Position numbers and translations under genes: made by a program
The notes under the pieces: generated by a model
What the model saw: the letters and a program-made list of their open reading frames with translations, nothing else
Told to the model about the DNA's origin: nothing
The model's database searches: none
NCBI GenBank assembly: GCA_964016885.1
Contig: OZ024744.1
Location: 128,092,001 to 128,156,000, forward strand
DNA: 64,000 nucleotides
Origin: Eledone cirrhosa
Taxonomy: Eukaryota
Direction of reading: 5' to 3'
Shown: piece by piece, positions 13,401 to 25,200 of the stretch
Layout: every line of letters starts with the position of its first letter
Position numbering within the stretch: the stretch's first letter is position 1

Positions 13401-16400
13401 TGGGGTTAAGTTAAGTTGGGGTTAACTTAAGTTGGGGTTAAGTTAAGTTGGGGTTAAGTTAAGTTGGGGTTAAGGTAAGTTGGGGTTAAGTTAAGTTGGG
13501 GCTAAGTTAAGTTGGGGCTAAGTTAAGTTGGGGCTGAGTTAAGTTGGGGCTGAGTTAAGTTGGGGTTGAGTTAAGTTGGGGTTAAGTTAAGTTGGGATTA
13601 AGTTAAGTTGGGGTTAAGTTAAGTTCGGGTTGAGTTAAGTTGGGGTTAAGTTAAGTTGGGGTTAATTTAAGTTGGGGTTAAGTTAAGTTGGGGTTAAGAT
13701 AAGTTGGGGTTAAGTTAAGTTGGGGTTAAGTTAAGTTGGGGTTGAGTTAATTTGGGGTTAAGTTAAGTTGAGGTTAACTTAAGTTGGGGTTAAGTTAAGT
13801 TGGGGTTAAGTTAAGTTGGGGGTAAGTTAAGTTGGGGGCAAGTTGAGTTGGGGTTAAGTTAAGTTGGGGTTAAGTTAAGGTGGGGGTAAGTTAAGTTGGG
13901 GGTAAGTTAAGTTGGGGTTAAGTTAAGTTGGGGTTAAGTTAAGTTAGGTTTAAGTTAAGTTGGGGCTAAGTCTAGTTGGGGCTAAGTTAAGTTGTGGCTG
14001 AGTTAAGTTGGGGTTAAGTTAAGTTGGGGTTGAGTTAAGTTGGGGTTAACTTAAGTTGGGGTTAAGTTGGGGTTAAGTTAAGTTGGGGTTAAGTTAAGTT
14101 GGGGGTTAGTTAAGTTGCGGCAAGTTAAGTTGGGGTTAATTTAAGTTGGGGTTAAGTTAAGTTGGGGTTATGTTAAGTTGGGGTTAAGTTAAGTTGGGGT
14201 TAAGTTAAGTTGGGGGTAAGTTAATTTGGGGCTGAGTTAAGATAGGGTTAAGTTAAGTTCGGGTTGAGTTAAGTTGGGGTTAAGTTAAGTTGGGGTTAAG
14301 TTAAGTTGGGATTAAGTTAAGTTGGGGTTAAGATAAGTTGGGGTTAAGTTAAGTTGGGGTTAATTTAAGTTGGGGTTGAGTTAAGTTCGGGTTAAGTTAA
14401 GTTCGGGTTGAGTTAAGTTGGGGTTAAGTTAAGTTGGGGTTAAGTTAAGTTGGGGTTAAGTTAAGTTGGGGTTAAGATAAGTTGGGGTTAAGTTAAGTTG
14501 GGGTTAATTTAAGTTGGGGTTGAGTTAATTTGGGTTTAAGTTAAGTTGGGCTTAACTTAAGTTGGGGTTAAGTTGGGGTTAAGTTAAGTTGGGGTTAAGT
14601 TAAGTTGGGGTTAAGTTAAGTTGGGGGTAAGTTAAGTTGGGGGCAAGTTAAGTTGGGGTTAATTTAAGTTGGGGTTAAGTTAAGTTGGGGTTATGTTAAG
14701 TTGGGGTTAATTTAAGTTGGGGTTAAGTTAAGTTGGGGGTAACTTAAGTTGAGGGTAAGTTAAGTTGAGGGTAAGTTAAGTTGAGGGTAAGTTAAGTTGA
14801 GGTTAAGTTAAGTTGGGGTTAAGTTAAGTTGGGGGTAAGTTAAGTTGGGGGTAAGTTAAGTTGGGGTTAAGTTAAGTTGGGGTTAAATTAAGTTGAGGTT
14901 AAGTTAATTTGGGGTTAAGTTAAGTTGGGGTTAAGTTAAGTTGGGGGTAAGATAAGTTGGGGCTAAGTTAAGTTGGGGCTAAGTCAAGTTGGGGTTAAGT
15001 CAAGTTGAGGTTAACTTAAGTTGGGGTTAAGTTAAGTTGGGGTTAAGTTAAGTTGGGGTTAAGGTAAGTTGGGGTTAAGTTAAGTTGGGGCTAAGTTAAG
15101 TTGGGGCTAAGTTAAGTTGGGGCTAAGTTAAGTTGGGGTTAAGTTGGGGTTGAGTTAAGTTGGGGTTAAGTTAAGTTGGGATTAAGTTAAGTTGGGGTTA
15201 AGTTAAGTTCGGGTTGAGTTAAGTTGGGGTTAAGTTAAGTTGGGGTTAATTTAAGTTGGGGTTAAGTTAAGTTGGGGTTAAGATAAGTTGGGGTTAAGTT
15301 AAGTTGGGGTTAAGTTAAGTTGGGGTTAAGTTAAGTTGGGGTTAAGTTAAGTTGGGGGTAAGTTAAGTTGGGGGCAAGTTGAGTTGGGGTTAAGTTAAGT
15401 TGGGGTTAAGTTAAGGTGGGGGTAAGTTAAGTTGGGGGTAAGTTAAGTTGGGGTTAAGTTAAGTTGGGGTTAAGTTAAGTTGGGTTTAAGTTAAGTTGGG
15501 GCTAAGTCTAGTTGGGGCTAAGTTAAGTTGGGGCTGAGTTAAGTTGGGGTTAAGTTAAGTTGGGGTTAAATTAAGTTGGGGTTAAGTTAAGTTGGGGTTA
15601 AGTTGGGGTTAAATTAAGTTGGGGTTCAGTTAAGTTGGGGTTAAATTAAGTTGGGGTTAAGTTAAGTTGGGGTTAGTTAAGTTGGGGTTAAGTTAAGTTG
15701 GGGTTAAATTAAGTTGGGGTTAAGTTAAGTTGGGGTTAATTTAAGTTGGGGTTAAGTTAAGTCGGGGTTAAGTTAAGTTGGAGTTAAGTCAAGTTGGGGT
15801 TAAGTCAAGTTGGGGTTAAGTCAAGTTGGGGTTAAGTCAAGTTGGGGTTAAGTTAAGTTGGGGTTAAGTTAAGTTGGGGTTAAGTTAAGTTGGAGTTAAG
15901 TTAAGTTGGAGTTAAGTTAAGTTGGGGTTAAGCTAAGTTGGGGTTCAGTTAAGTTGGGGGTAAGTTAAGTTGGGGTTAAGTTAAGTTGGGGTTAAGTTAA
16001 GTTGGGGTTAAGTTAAGTTGGGGTTAAGTTAAGTTGGAGTTAAGTTAAGTTGGAGTTAAGTTAAGTTGGGGTTAAGTTAAGTTGGGGTTAAGCTAAGTTG
16101 GGGTTCAGTTAAGTTGGGGTTAAGTTAAGTTGGGGTTAAGATAAGTTGGGGTTAAGTTAAGTTGGGGTTAATTTAAGTTGGGGTTGAGTTAAGTTGGGGT
16201 TAAGTTAAGTTCGGGTTGAGTTAAGTTGGGGTTAAGTTAAGTTGGGGTTAAGTTAAGTTGGGGTTAAGTTAAGTTGGGGTTAAGATAAGTTGGGGTTAAG
16301 TTAAGTTGGGGTTAATTTAAGTTGGGGTTGAGTTAATTTGGGTTTAAGTTAAGTTGGGCTTAACTTAAGTTGGGGTTAAGTTGGGGTTAAGTTAAGTTGG

Positions 16401-17480
16401 GGTTAAGTTAAGTTGGGGTCAAGTTAAGTTGGGGGTAAGTTAAGTAGGGGGCAAGTTAAGTTGGGGTTAATTTAAGTTGGGGTTAAGTTAAGTTGGGGTT
16501 ATGTTAAGTTGGGGTTAATTTAAGTTGGGGTTAAGTTAAGTTGGGGGTAACTTAAGTTGAGGGTAAGTTAAGTTGAGGGTAAGTTAAGTTGAGGGTTAGT
16601 TAAGTTGAGGTTAAGTTAAGTTGGGGTTAAGTTAAGTTGGGGGTAAGTTAAGTTGGGGGTAAGTTAAGTTGGGGTTAAGTTAAGTTGGGGTTAAATTAAG
16701 TTGAGGTTAAGTTAATTTGGGGTTAAGTTAAGTTGGGGTTAAGTTAAGTTGGGGGTAAGATAAGTTGGGGCTAACTTAAGTTGGGGCTAAGTCAAGTTGG
16801 GGTTAAGTCAAGTTGAGGTTAACTTAAGTTGGGGTTAAGTTAAGTTGGGGTTAAGTTAAGTTGGGGTTAAGGTAAGTTGGGGTTAAGTTAAGTTGGGGCT
16901 AAGTTAAGTTGGGGCTAAGTTAAGTTGGGGCTGAGTTAAGTTGGGGTTAAGTTGGGGTTGAGTTAAGTTGGGGTTAAGTTAAGTTGGGATTAAGTTAAGT
17001 TGGGGTTAAGTTAAGTTCGGGTTGAGTTAAGTTGGGGTTAAGTTAAGTTGGGGTTAATTTAAGTTGGGGTTAATTTAAGTTGGGGTTAAGATAAGTTGGG
17101 GTTAAGTTAAGTTGGGGTTAAGTTAAGTTGGGGTTGAGTTAATTTGGGGTTAAGTTAAGTTGGGGTTAACTTAAGTTGGGGTTAAGTTAAGTTGGGGTTA
17201 AGTTAAGTTGGGGGTAAGTTAAGTTGGGGGCAAGTTGAGTTGGGGTTAAGTTAAGTTGGGGTTAAGTTAAGGTGGGGGTAAGTTAAGTTGGGGGTAAGTT
17301 AAGTTGGGGTTAAGTTAAGTTGGGGTTAAGTTAAGTTAGGTTTAAGTTAAGTTGGGGCTAAGTCTAGTTGGGGCTAAGTTAAGTTGGGGCTGAGTTAAGT
17401 TGGGGTTAAGTTAAGTTGGGGTTGAGTTAAGTTGGGGTTAACTTAAGTTGGGGTTAAGTTGGGGTTAAGTTAAGTTGGGG
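9330..17480 (+). repeat. Near-identical 4,091-bp tandem duplication (junction ~13400)
   Basis: Constant offset 4091 for TTGTGGCTG 9901/13992, GATAGGG 10150/14241, GTCTAG 11415/15506 and 13271/17362, GTAGGGGGC 12353/16444. Confidence 0.9.
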
Positions 17481-20400
17481 TTAAGTTAAGTTGGGGGTTA
17501 GTTAAGTTGCGGCAAGTTAAGTTGGGGTTAATTTAAGTTGGGGTTAAGTTAAGTTGGGGTTATGTTAAGTTGGGGTTAAGTTAAGTTGGGGTTAAGTTAA
17601 GTTGGGGGTAAGTTAATTTGGGGCTGAGTTAAGATAGGGTTACGTTAAGTTCGGGTTGAGTTAAGTTGGGGTTAAGTTAAGTTGGGGTTAAGTTAAGTTG
17701 GGATTAAGTTAAGTTGGGGTTAAGATAAGTTGGGGTTAAGTTAAGTTGGGGTTAATTTAAGTTGGGGTTGAGTTAAGTTCGGGTTAAGTTAAGTTCGGGT
17801 TGAGTTAAGTTGGGGTTAAGTTAAGTTGGGGTTAAGTTAAGTTGGGGTTAAGTTAAGTTGGGGTTAAGATAAGTTGGGGTTAAGTTAAGTTGGGGTTAAT
17901 TTAAGTTGGGGTTGAGTTAATTTGGGTTTAAGTTAAGTTGGGCTTAACTTAAGTTGGGGTTAAGTTGGGGTTAAGTTAAGTTGGGGTTAAGTTAAGTTGG
18001 GGTTAAGTTAAGTTGGGGGTAAGTTAAGTTGGGGGCAAGTTAAGTTGGGGTTAATTTAAGTTGGGGTTAAGTTAAGTTGGGGTTATGTTAAGTTGGGGTT
18101 AATTTAAGTTGGGGTTAAGTTAAGTTGGGGGTAACTTAAGTTGAGGGTAAGTTAAGTTGAGGGTAAGTTAAGTTGAGGGTAAGTTAAGTTGAGGTTAAGT
18201 TAAGTTGGGGTTAAGTTAAGTTGGGGGTAAGTTAAGTTGGGGGTAAGTTAAGTTGGGGTTAAGTTAAGTTGGGGTTAAATTAAGTTGAGGTTAAGTTAAT
18301 TTGGGGTTAAGTTAAGTTGGGGTTAAGTTAAGTTGGGGGTAAGATAAGTTGGGGCTAAGTTAAGTTGGGGCTAAGTCAAGTTGGGGTTAAGTCAAGTTGA
18401 GGTTAACTTAAGTTGGGGTTAAGTTAAGTTGGGGTTAAGTTAAGTTGGGGTTAAGGTAAGTTGGGGTTAAGTTAAGTTGGGGCTAAGTTAAGTTGGGGCT
18501 AAGTTAAGTTGGGGCTAAGTTAAGTTGGGGTTAAGTTGGGGTTGAGTTAAGTTGGGGTTAAGTTAAGTTGGGATTAAGTTAAGTTGGGGTTAAGTTAAGT
18601 TCGGGTTGAGTTAAGTTGGGGTTAAGTTAAGTTGGGGTTAATTTAAGTTGGGGTTAAGTTAAGTTGGGGTTAAGATAAGTTGGGGTTAAGTTAAGTTGGG
18701 GTTAAGTTAAGTTGGGGTTGAGTTAATTTGGGGTTAAGTTAAGTTGGGGTTAACTTAAGTTGGGGTTAAGTTAAGTTGGGGTTAAGTTAAGTTGGGGGTA
18801 AGTTAAGTTGGGGGCAAGTTGAGTTGGGGTTAAGTTAAGTTGGGGTTAAGTTAAGGTGGGGGTAAGTTAAGTTGGGGGTAAGTTAAGTTGGGGTTAAGTT
18901 AAGTTGGGGTTAAGTTAAGTTGGGTTTAAGTTAAGTTGGGGCTAAGTCTAGTTGGGGCTAAGTTAAGTTGGGGCTGAGTTAAGTTGGGGTTAAGTTAAGT
19001 TGGGGTTGAGTTAAGTTGGGGTTAACTTAAGTTGGGGTTAAGTTGGGGTTAAGTTAAGTTAGGGTTAAATTAAGTTGGGGGTTAGTTAAGTTGCGGCAAG
19101 TTAAGTTGGGGTTAATTTAAGTTGGGGTTAAGTTAAGTTGGGGTTATGTTAAGTTGGGGTTAAGTTAAGTTGGGGTTAAGTTAAGTTGGGGGTAAGTTAA
19201 TTTGGGGCTGAGTTAAGATAGGGTTAAGTTAAGTTCGGGTTGAGTTAAGTTGGGGTTAAGTTAAGTTGGGGTTAAGTTAAGTTGGGATTAAGTTAAGTTG
19301 GGGTTAAGATAAGTTGGGGTTAAGTTAAGTTGGGGTTAATTTAAGTTGGGGTTGAGTTAAGTTCGGGTTAAGTTAAGTTCGGGTTGAGTTAATTTGGGTT
19401 TAAGTTAAGTTGGGCTTAACTTAAGTTGGGGTTAAGTTGGGGTTAAGTTAAGTTGGGGTTAAGTTAAGTTGGGGTTAAGTTAAGTTGGGGGTAAGTTAAG
19501 TTGGGGGCAAGTTAAGTTGGGGTTAATTTAAGTTGGGGTTAAGTTAAGTTGGGGTTATGTTAAGTTGGGGTTAATTTAAGTTGGGGTTAAGTCAAGTTGG
19601 GGGTAACTTAAGTTGAGGGTAAGTTAAGTTGAGGGTAAGTTAAGTTGAGGGTAAGTTAAGTTGAGGTTAAGTTAAGTTGGGGTTAAGTTAAGTTGGGGGT
19701 AAGTTAAGTTGGGGGTAAGTTAAGTTGGGGTTAAGTTAAGTTGGGGTTAAATTAAGTTGAGGTTAAGTTAATTTGGGGTTAAGTTAAGTTGGGGTTAAGT
19801 TAAGTTGGGGGTAAGATAAGTTGGGGCTAAGTTAAGTTGGGGCTAAGTCAAGTTGGGGTTAAGTCAAGTTGAGGTTAACTTAAGTTGGGGTTAAGTTAAG
19901 TTGGGGTTAAGTTAAGTTGGGGTTAAGGTAAGTTGGGGTTAAGTTAAGTTGGGGCTAAGTTAAGTTGGGGCTAAGTTAAGTTGGGGCTGAGTTAAGTTGG
20001 GGTTAAGTTAAGTTGGGATTAAGTTAAGTTGGGGTTAAGTTAAGTTCGGGTTGAGTTAAGTTGGGGTTAAGTTAAGTTGGGGTTAATTTAAGTTGGGGTT
20101 AAGTTAAGTTGGGGTTAAGATAAGTTGGGGTTAAGTTAAGTTGGGGTTAAGTTAAGTTGGGGTTGAGTTAATTTGGGGTTAAGTTAAGTTGGGGTTAACT
20201 TAAGTTGGGGTTAAGTTAAGTTGGGGTTAAGTTAAGTTGGGGGTAAGTTAAGTCGGGATTAAGTTAAGTTGGGGTTAAGTTAAGTTGGGTTTAAGTTAAG
20301 TTGGGGCTAAGTTAAGTTGGGGCTAAGTTAAGTTGGGGCTGAGTTAAGTTGGGGGTAACTTAAGTTGGGTATAAGTTAAGTTGGGGTTAAGTTAAGTTGG

Positions 20401-22269
20401 CGTTCAGTTCAGTTGGGGTTAAGTTAAGTTGGGGTTAAGTTAAGCTGGGGTTAAGTTAAGTTGGGGTTAATTTAAGTTGGGGTTAAGTTAAGTTGGGGTT
20501 GAGTTAAGTTGGGGTTGAGTTAAGTTGGGGTTAATTTAAGTTGGGGTTAAGTTAAGTTGGGGTTAAGTTAAGTTGGGGTTAAGTTAAGTTGGGGGTAAGT
20601 TAAGTTGGGGGCAAGTTAAGCTGGGGTTAAGTTAAGTTGGGGTTAAGTTAAGTTGGGGTTAAGTTAAGTTAGGGTTAATTTCAGTTGGGGTTAAGTTAAG
20701 TTGGGGTTAAGTTAAGTTAGGGTTAATTTAAGTTGGGGTTATGTTAAGTTGGGGTTAAGTTAAGTTGGGGTTAAGTTAAGTTGGTGTTAAGTAAAGTTGG
20801 GGTTAAGTTAAGTTGGGGTTAAGTTAAGTTGGTGTTAAGTAAAGTTGGGCTTAAGTTAAGTTGGGTTTGAGTTAAGTTGGGGCTAAGTTAAGTTAGGTCT
20901 AAGTTAAGTTGGGGTTAAGTTAAGTTGGGGCTAGGTTAAGTTGGGTCTAATTTAAGTTGGGGTTAAGTTAAGTTGGGGTTAAGTTCAGTTGGGGTTAAAT
21001 TAAGTTGGGGTTAAGTTAAGTTGGCGTTAAGCTAAGTTGGGGTTAAGTTAATTTGCGGTTAAGTTAGGTTGTGGGTTAAGTTAAGTTGGGGGTAAGTTAA
21101 GTTGGGGGTAAGTTAAGTTGGGGTTAATTTAAGTTGGGGTTAAGTTAAGTTGGGGTTAAGTTAAGTTGGGGTTAAGTTAAGTTGGGGTTAAGTTAAGTTG
21201 GCGTTAATTTAACTTGGGGTAAAGTTAAGTTGGGGTTAAGTTAAGTTGGGGTTAAGTTAAGTTGGGGTTAAGTCAAGTTGGGGTTAAGTCAAGTTGGGGT
21301 TAAGTCAAGTTGGGGTTAAGTTAAGTTGGGGTTAAGTTAAGTTGGGGGTAAGTTAAGTTGGGTGTAAGTTAAGTTGGGGTTAAGTTAAAATGTGGTTAAG
21401 TTCAGTTGGGGTTAAGTTAAGTTGGGGTTAAGTTAAGTTGGGGGTAAGTTAAGTTGGGGGCAAGTTAAGTTGGGGTTAAGTTAAGTTGGGGTTAAGTTAA
21501 GTTGGGGTTAAGTTAAGTTGGGGTTAAGTTAAGTTGGGGTTAAGTTAAGTTGGGGTTAAGTTAAGTTAGGGTTAATTTCAGTTGGGGTTATGTTAAGTTG
21601 GGGTTAAGTTAAGTTGGGGTTAAGTTAAAGTTGGGGTTAAGTTAAGTTGGGGTAAAGTTAAGTTAGGGTTAAGTTGAGTTGGGGTTAAGTTAAGTTGGGG
21701 TTAAATTAAGTTGGGGTTAAGTTAAGTTGGGGTTAAGGTAAGTTGGGGTTAAATTAAGTTGGGGTTCAGTTAAGTTGGGGTTAAATTAAGTTGGGGTTAA
21801 GTTAAGTTGGCGTTAGTTAAGTTGGGGTTAAGTTAAGTTGGGGTTAAGTTAAGTTGGGGTTAAGTTAAGTTGGGGTTAAGTTAAGTTGGCGTTAAGTTAA
21901 GTTGGGGTTAAGTTAAGTTGGGGTTAAATTAAGTTGGGGTTAAGTTAAGTTGGGGTTAATTTAAGTTGGGGTTAAGTTAAGTTGGGGTTAAGTTAAGTTG
22001 GAGTTAAGTCAAGTTGGGGTTAAGTCAAGTTGCGGTTAAGTCAAGTTGTGGTTAAGTCAAGTTGGGGTTAAGTTAAGTTGGGGTTAAGTTAAGTTGGGGT
22101 TAACTTAAGTTGGGGTTAAGTTGGGGTTAAGTTAAGTTGGGGTTAAATTAAGTTGGGGGTTAGTTAAGTTGGGGCAAGTTAAGTTGGGGTTAATTTAAGT
22201 TGGGGTTAAGTTAAGTTGGGGTTATGTTAAGTTGGGGTTAAGTTAAGTTGGGGTTAAGTTAAGTTGGGG

Positions 22270-25200
22270 GTAAGTTAAGTTGGGGTTAAGTTAAGTTGGG
22301 GGTAAGTTAAGTTGAGGGTAAGTTAAGTTGGGGTTAAGTTAAGTTGGGGTTAAATTAAGTTGAGGTTAAGTTAAGTTGGGGTTAAGTTAAGTTGGGGGTA
22401 AGATAAGTTGGGGGTAAGATAAGTTGGGGCTAAGTTAAGTTGGGGCTAAGTCAAGTTGGGGTTAATTCAAGTTGAGGTTAACTTAAGTTGGGGTTAAGTT
22501 AAGTTGGGGTTAATTTAAGTTGGGGTTAAGTTAAGTTGGGGTTAAGATAAGTTGGGGTTAAGTTAAGTTGGGGTTAAGTTAAGTTGGGGTTGAGTTAATT
22601 TGGGGTTAAGTTAAGTTGGGGTTAACTTAAGTTGGGGTTAAGTTGGGGTTAAGTTAAGTTGGGGGTAGGTTAAGTTGGGGGCAAGTTTAGTTGGGGTTAA
22701 GTTAAGTTGGGGTTACGTTAAGTTGGGCGTAAGTTAAGTCGGGGTTAAGTTAAGTTGGGGTTAAGTTAAGTTGGGTTTAAGTTAAGTTGGTGCTAAGTTA
22801 AGTTGGAGCTAAGTTAAGTTGGGGCTGAGTTAAGTTGGGGGTAAGTTAAGTTGGGGTTAAGTTAAGTTGGGGTTCAGTTAAGTTGGGGTTAAGTTAAGTT
22901 GGGGTTAAGTTAAGCTGGGGTTAAGTTAAGTTGGGGTTAAGTTAAGTTGGGGTTAAGTTAAGTTGGGGTTAAGTTAAGTTGGGGTTGAGTTAAGTTGGGG
23001 TTGAGTTAAGTTGGGGTTAAGTTAAGTTGGGGTTAAGTTAAGTTGGGGTTAAGTTAAGTTGGGGTTAAGTTAAGTTGGGGTTAAGTTAAGTTGGGGGTAA
23101 GTTAAGTTGGGGGCAAGTTAAGTTGGGGTTAAGTTAAGTTGGGGTTAAGTTAAGTTGGGGTTAAGTTAAGTTAGGGTTAATTTCAGTTGGGGTTATGTTA
23201 AGTTGGGGTTAAGTTAAGTTGGGGTTAAGTTAAAGTTGGGGTTAAGTTAAGTTGGGGTAAAGTTAAGTTAGGGTTAAGTTAAGTTGGGGTTAAGTTAAGT
23301 TGGGGTTAAATTAAGTTGGGGTTAAGTTAAGTTGGGGTTAAGTTAAGCTGGGGTTAAATTAAGTTGGGGTTCAGTTAAGTTGGGGTTAAATTAAGTTGGG
23401 GTTAAGTTAAGTTGGGGTTAGTTAAGTTGGGGTTAAGTTAAGTTGGGGTTAAGTTAAGTTGGGGTTAAGTTAAGTTGGGGTTAAATTAAGTTGGGGTTAA
23501 GTTAAGTTGGGGTTAAGTTAAGTTGGGGTTAAGTTAAGTTAGGGTTAATTTCAGTTGGGGTTATGTTAAGTTGGGGTTAAGTTAAGTTGGGGTTAAGTTA
23601 AGTTGGCGTAAAGTTAAGTTAGGGTTAAGTTAAGTTGGGGTTAAGTTAAGTTGGGGTTAAATTAAGTTGGGGTTAAGTTAAGTTGGGGTTAAGTTAAGTT
23701 AGGGTTAAATTAAGTTGGGGTTCAGTTAAGTTGGGGTTAAATTAAGTTGGGGTTAAGTTAAGTTGGGGTTAGTTAAGTTGGGGTTAAGTTAAGTTGGCGT
23801 TAAGTTAAGTTGGGGTTAAGTTAAGTTGGCGTTAAGTTAAGTTGGGGTTAAGTTAAGTTGGGGTTAAGTTAAGTTGGGGTTAAGTTAAGTTGGGGTTAAT
23901 TTAAGTTGGGGTTAAGTTAAGTTGGGGTTAAGTTAAGTTGGAGTTAAGTCAAGTTGGTGTTAAGTCAAGTTGGGGTTAAGTCAAGTTGGGGTTAATTCAA
24001 GTTGGGGTTAAGTTAAGTTGGGGTTAAGTTAAGTTGGGGTTAAGTTAAGTTGGGGGTAAGTTAAGTTGGGTGTAAGTTAAGTTGGGGTTAAGTTAAGTTG
24101 GGGTTCAGTTCAGTTGGGGTTAAGTTAAGTTGGGGTTAAGTTAAGCTGGGGGTAATTTAAGTTGGGGTTAAGTTAAGTTGGGGTTAAGTTAAGTTGGGGT
24201 TAAGTTAAGTTGGGGTTCAGTTAAGTTGGGGTTAAGTTAATTTGGGGCTGAGTTAAGTTGGGGTTAAGTTAAGTTCGGGTTGAGTTAAGTTGGGGTTAAG
24301 TTAAGTTGGGGTTAAGTTAAGTTGGGGTTAAGTTAAGTTGGGGTTAAGATAAGTTGGGGTTAAGTTAAGTTGGGGTTAATTTAAGTTGGGGTTGAGTTAA
24401 TTTGGGTTTAAGTTAAGTTAGCCTTAACTTAAGTTGGGGTTAAGTTAAGTTGGGGTTAAGTTAAGTTGGGGGTAAGTTAAGTTGGGGGCAAGTTAAGTTG
24501 GGGTTAATTTAAGTTGGGGTTAAGTTAAGTTGGGGTTAAGTTAAGTTGGGGGTAACTTAAGTTGGGGTTAAGTTAAGTTGAGGGTAAGTTAAGTTGAGGT
24601 TAAGTTAAGTTGGGGTTAAGTTAAGTTGGGGGTAAGTTAAGTTGGGGGTAAGTTAAGTTGGGGTTAAGTTAAGTTGGGGTTAAATTAAGTTGAGGCTAAG
24701 TTAATTTGGGGTTAAGTTAAGTTAGGGTTAATTTCAGTTGGGGTTAAGTTAAGTTGGGGTTAAGTTAAGTTAGGGTTAATTTAAGTTGGGGTTATGTTAA
24801 GTTGGGGTTAAGTTAAGTTGGGGTTAAGTTAAGTTGGTGTTAAGTAAAGTTGGGGTTAAGTTAAGTTGTGGGTTAAGTTAAGTTGGGGTTAAGTTAAGTT
24901 GGGGTTAAGTTAAGTTGGTGTTAAGTAAAGTTGGGCTTAAGTTAAGTTGGGTTTGAGTTAAGTTGGGGCTAAGTTAAGTTAGGGCTAAGTTAAGTTGGGG
25001 TTAAGTTAAGTTGGGGCTAGGTTAAGTTGGGTCTAAGTTAAGTTGGGGTTAAGTTAAGTTGGGGTTAAATTAAGTTGGGGTTAAATTAAGTTGGGGTTAA
25101 GTTAAGTTGGGGTTAAGCTAAGTTGGGGTTAAGTTAATTTTCGGTTAAGTTAGGTTGTGGGTTAAGTTAAGTTGGGGGTAAGTTAAGTTGGGGGTAAGTT

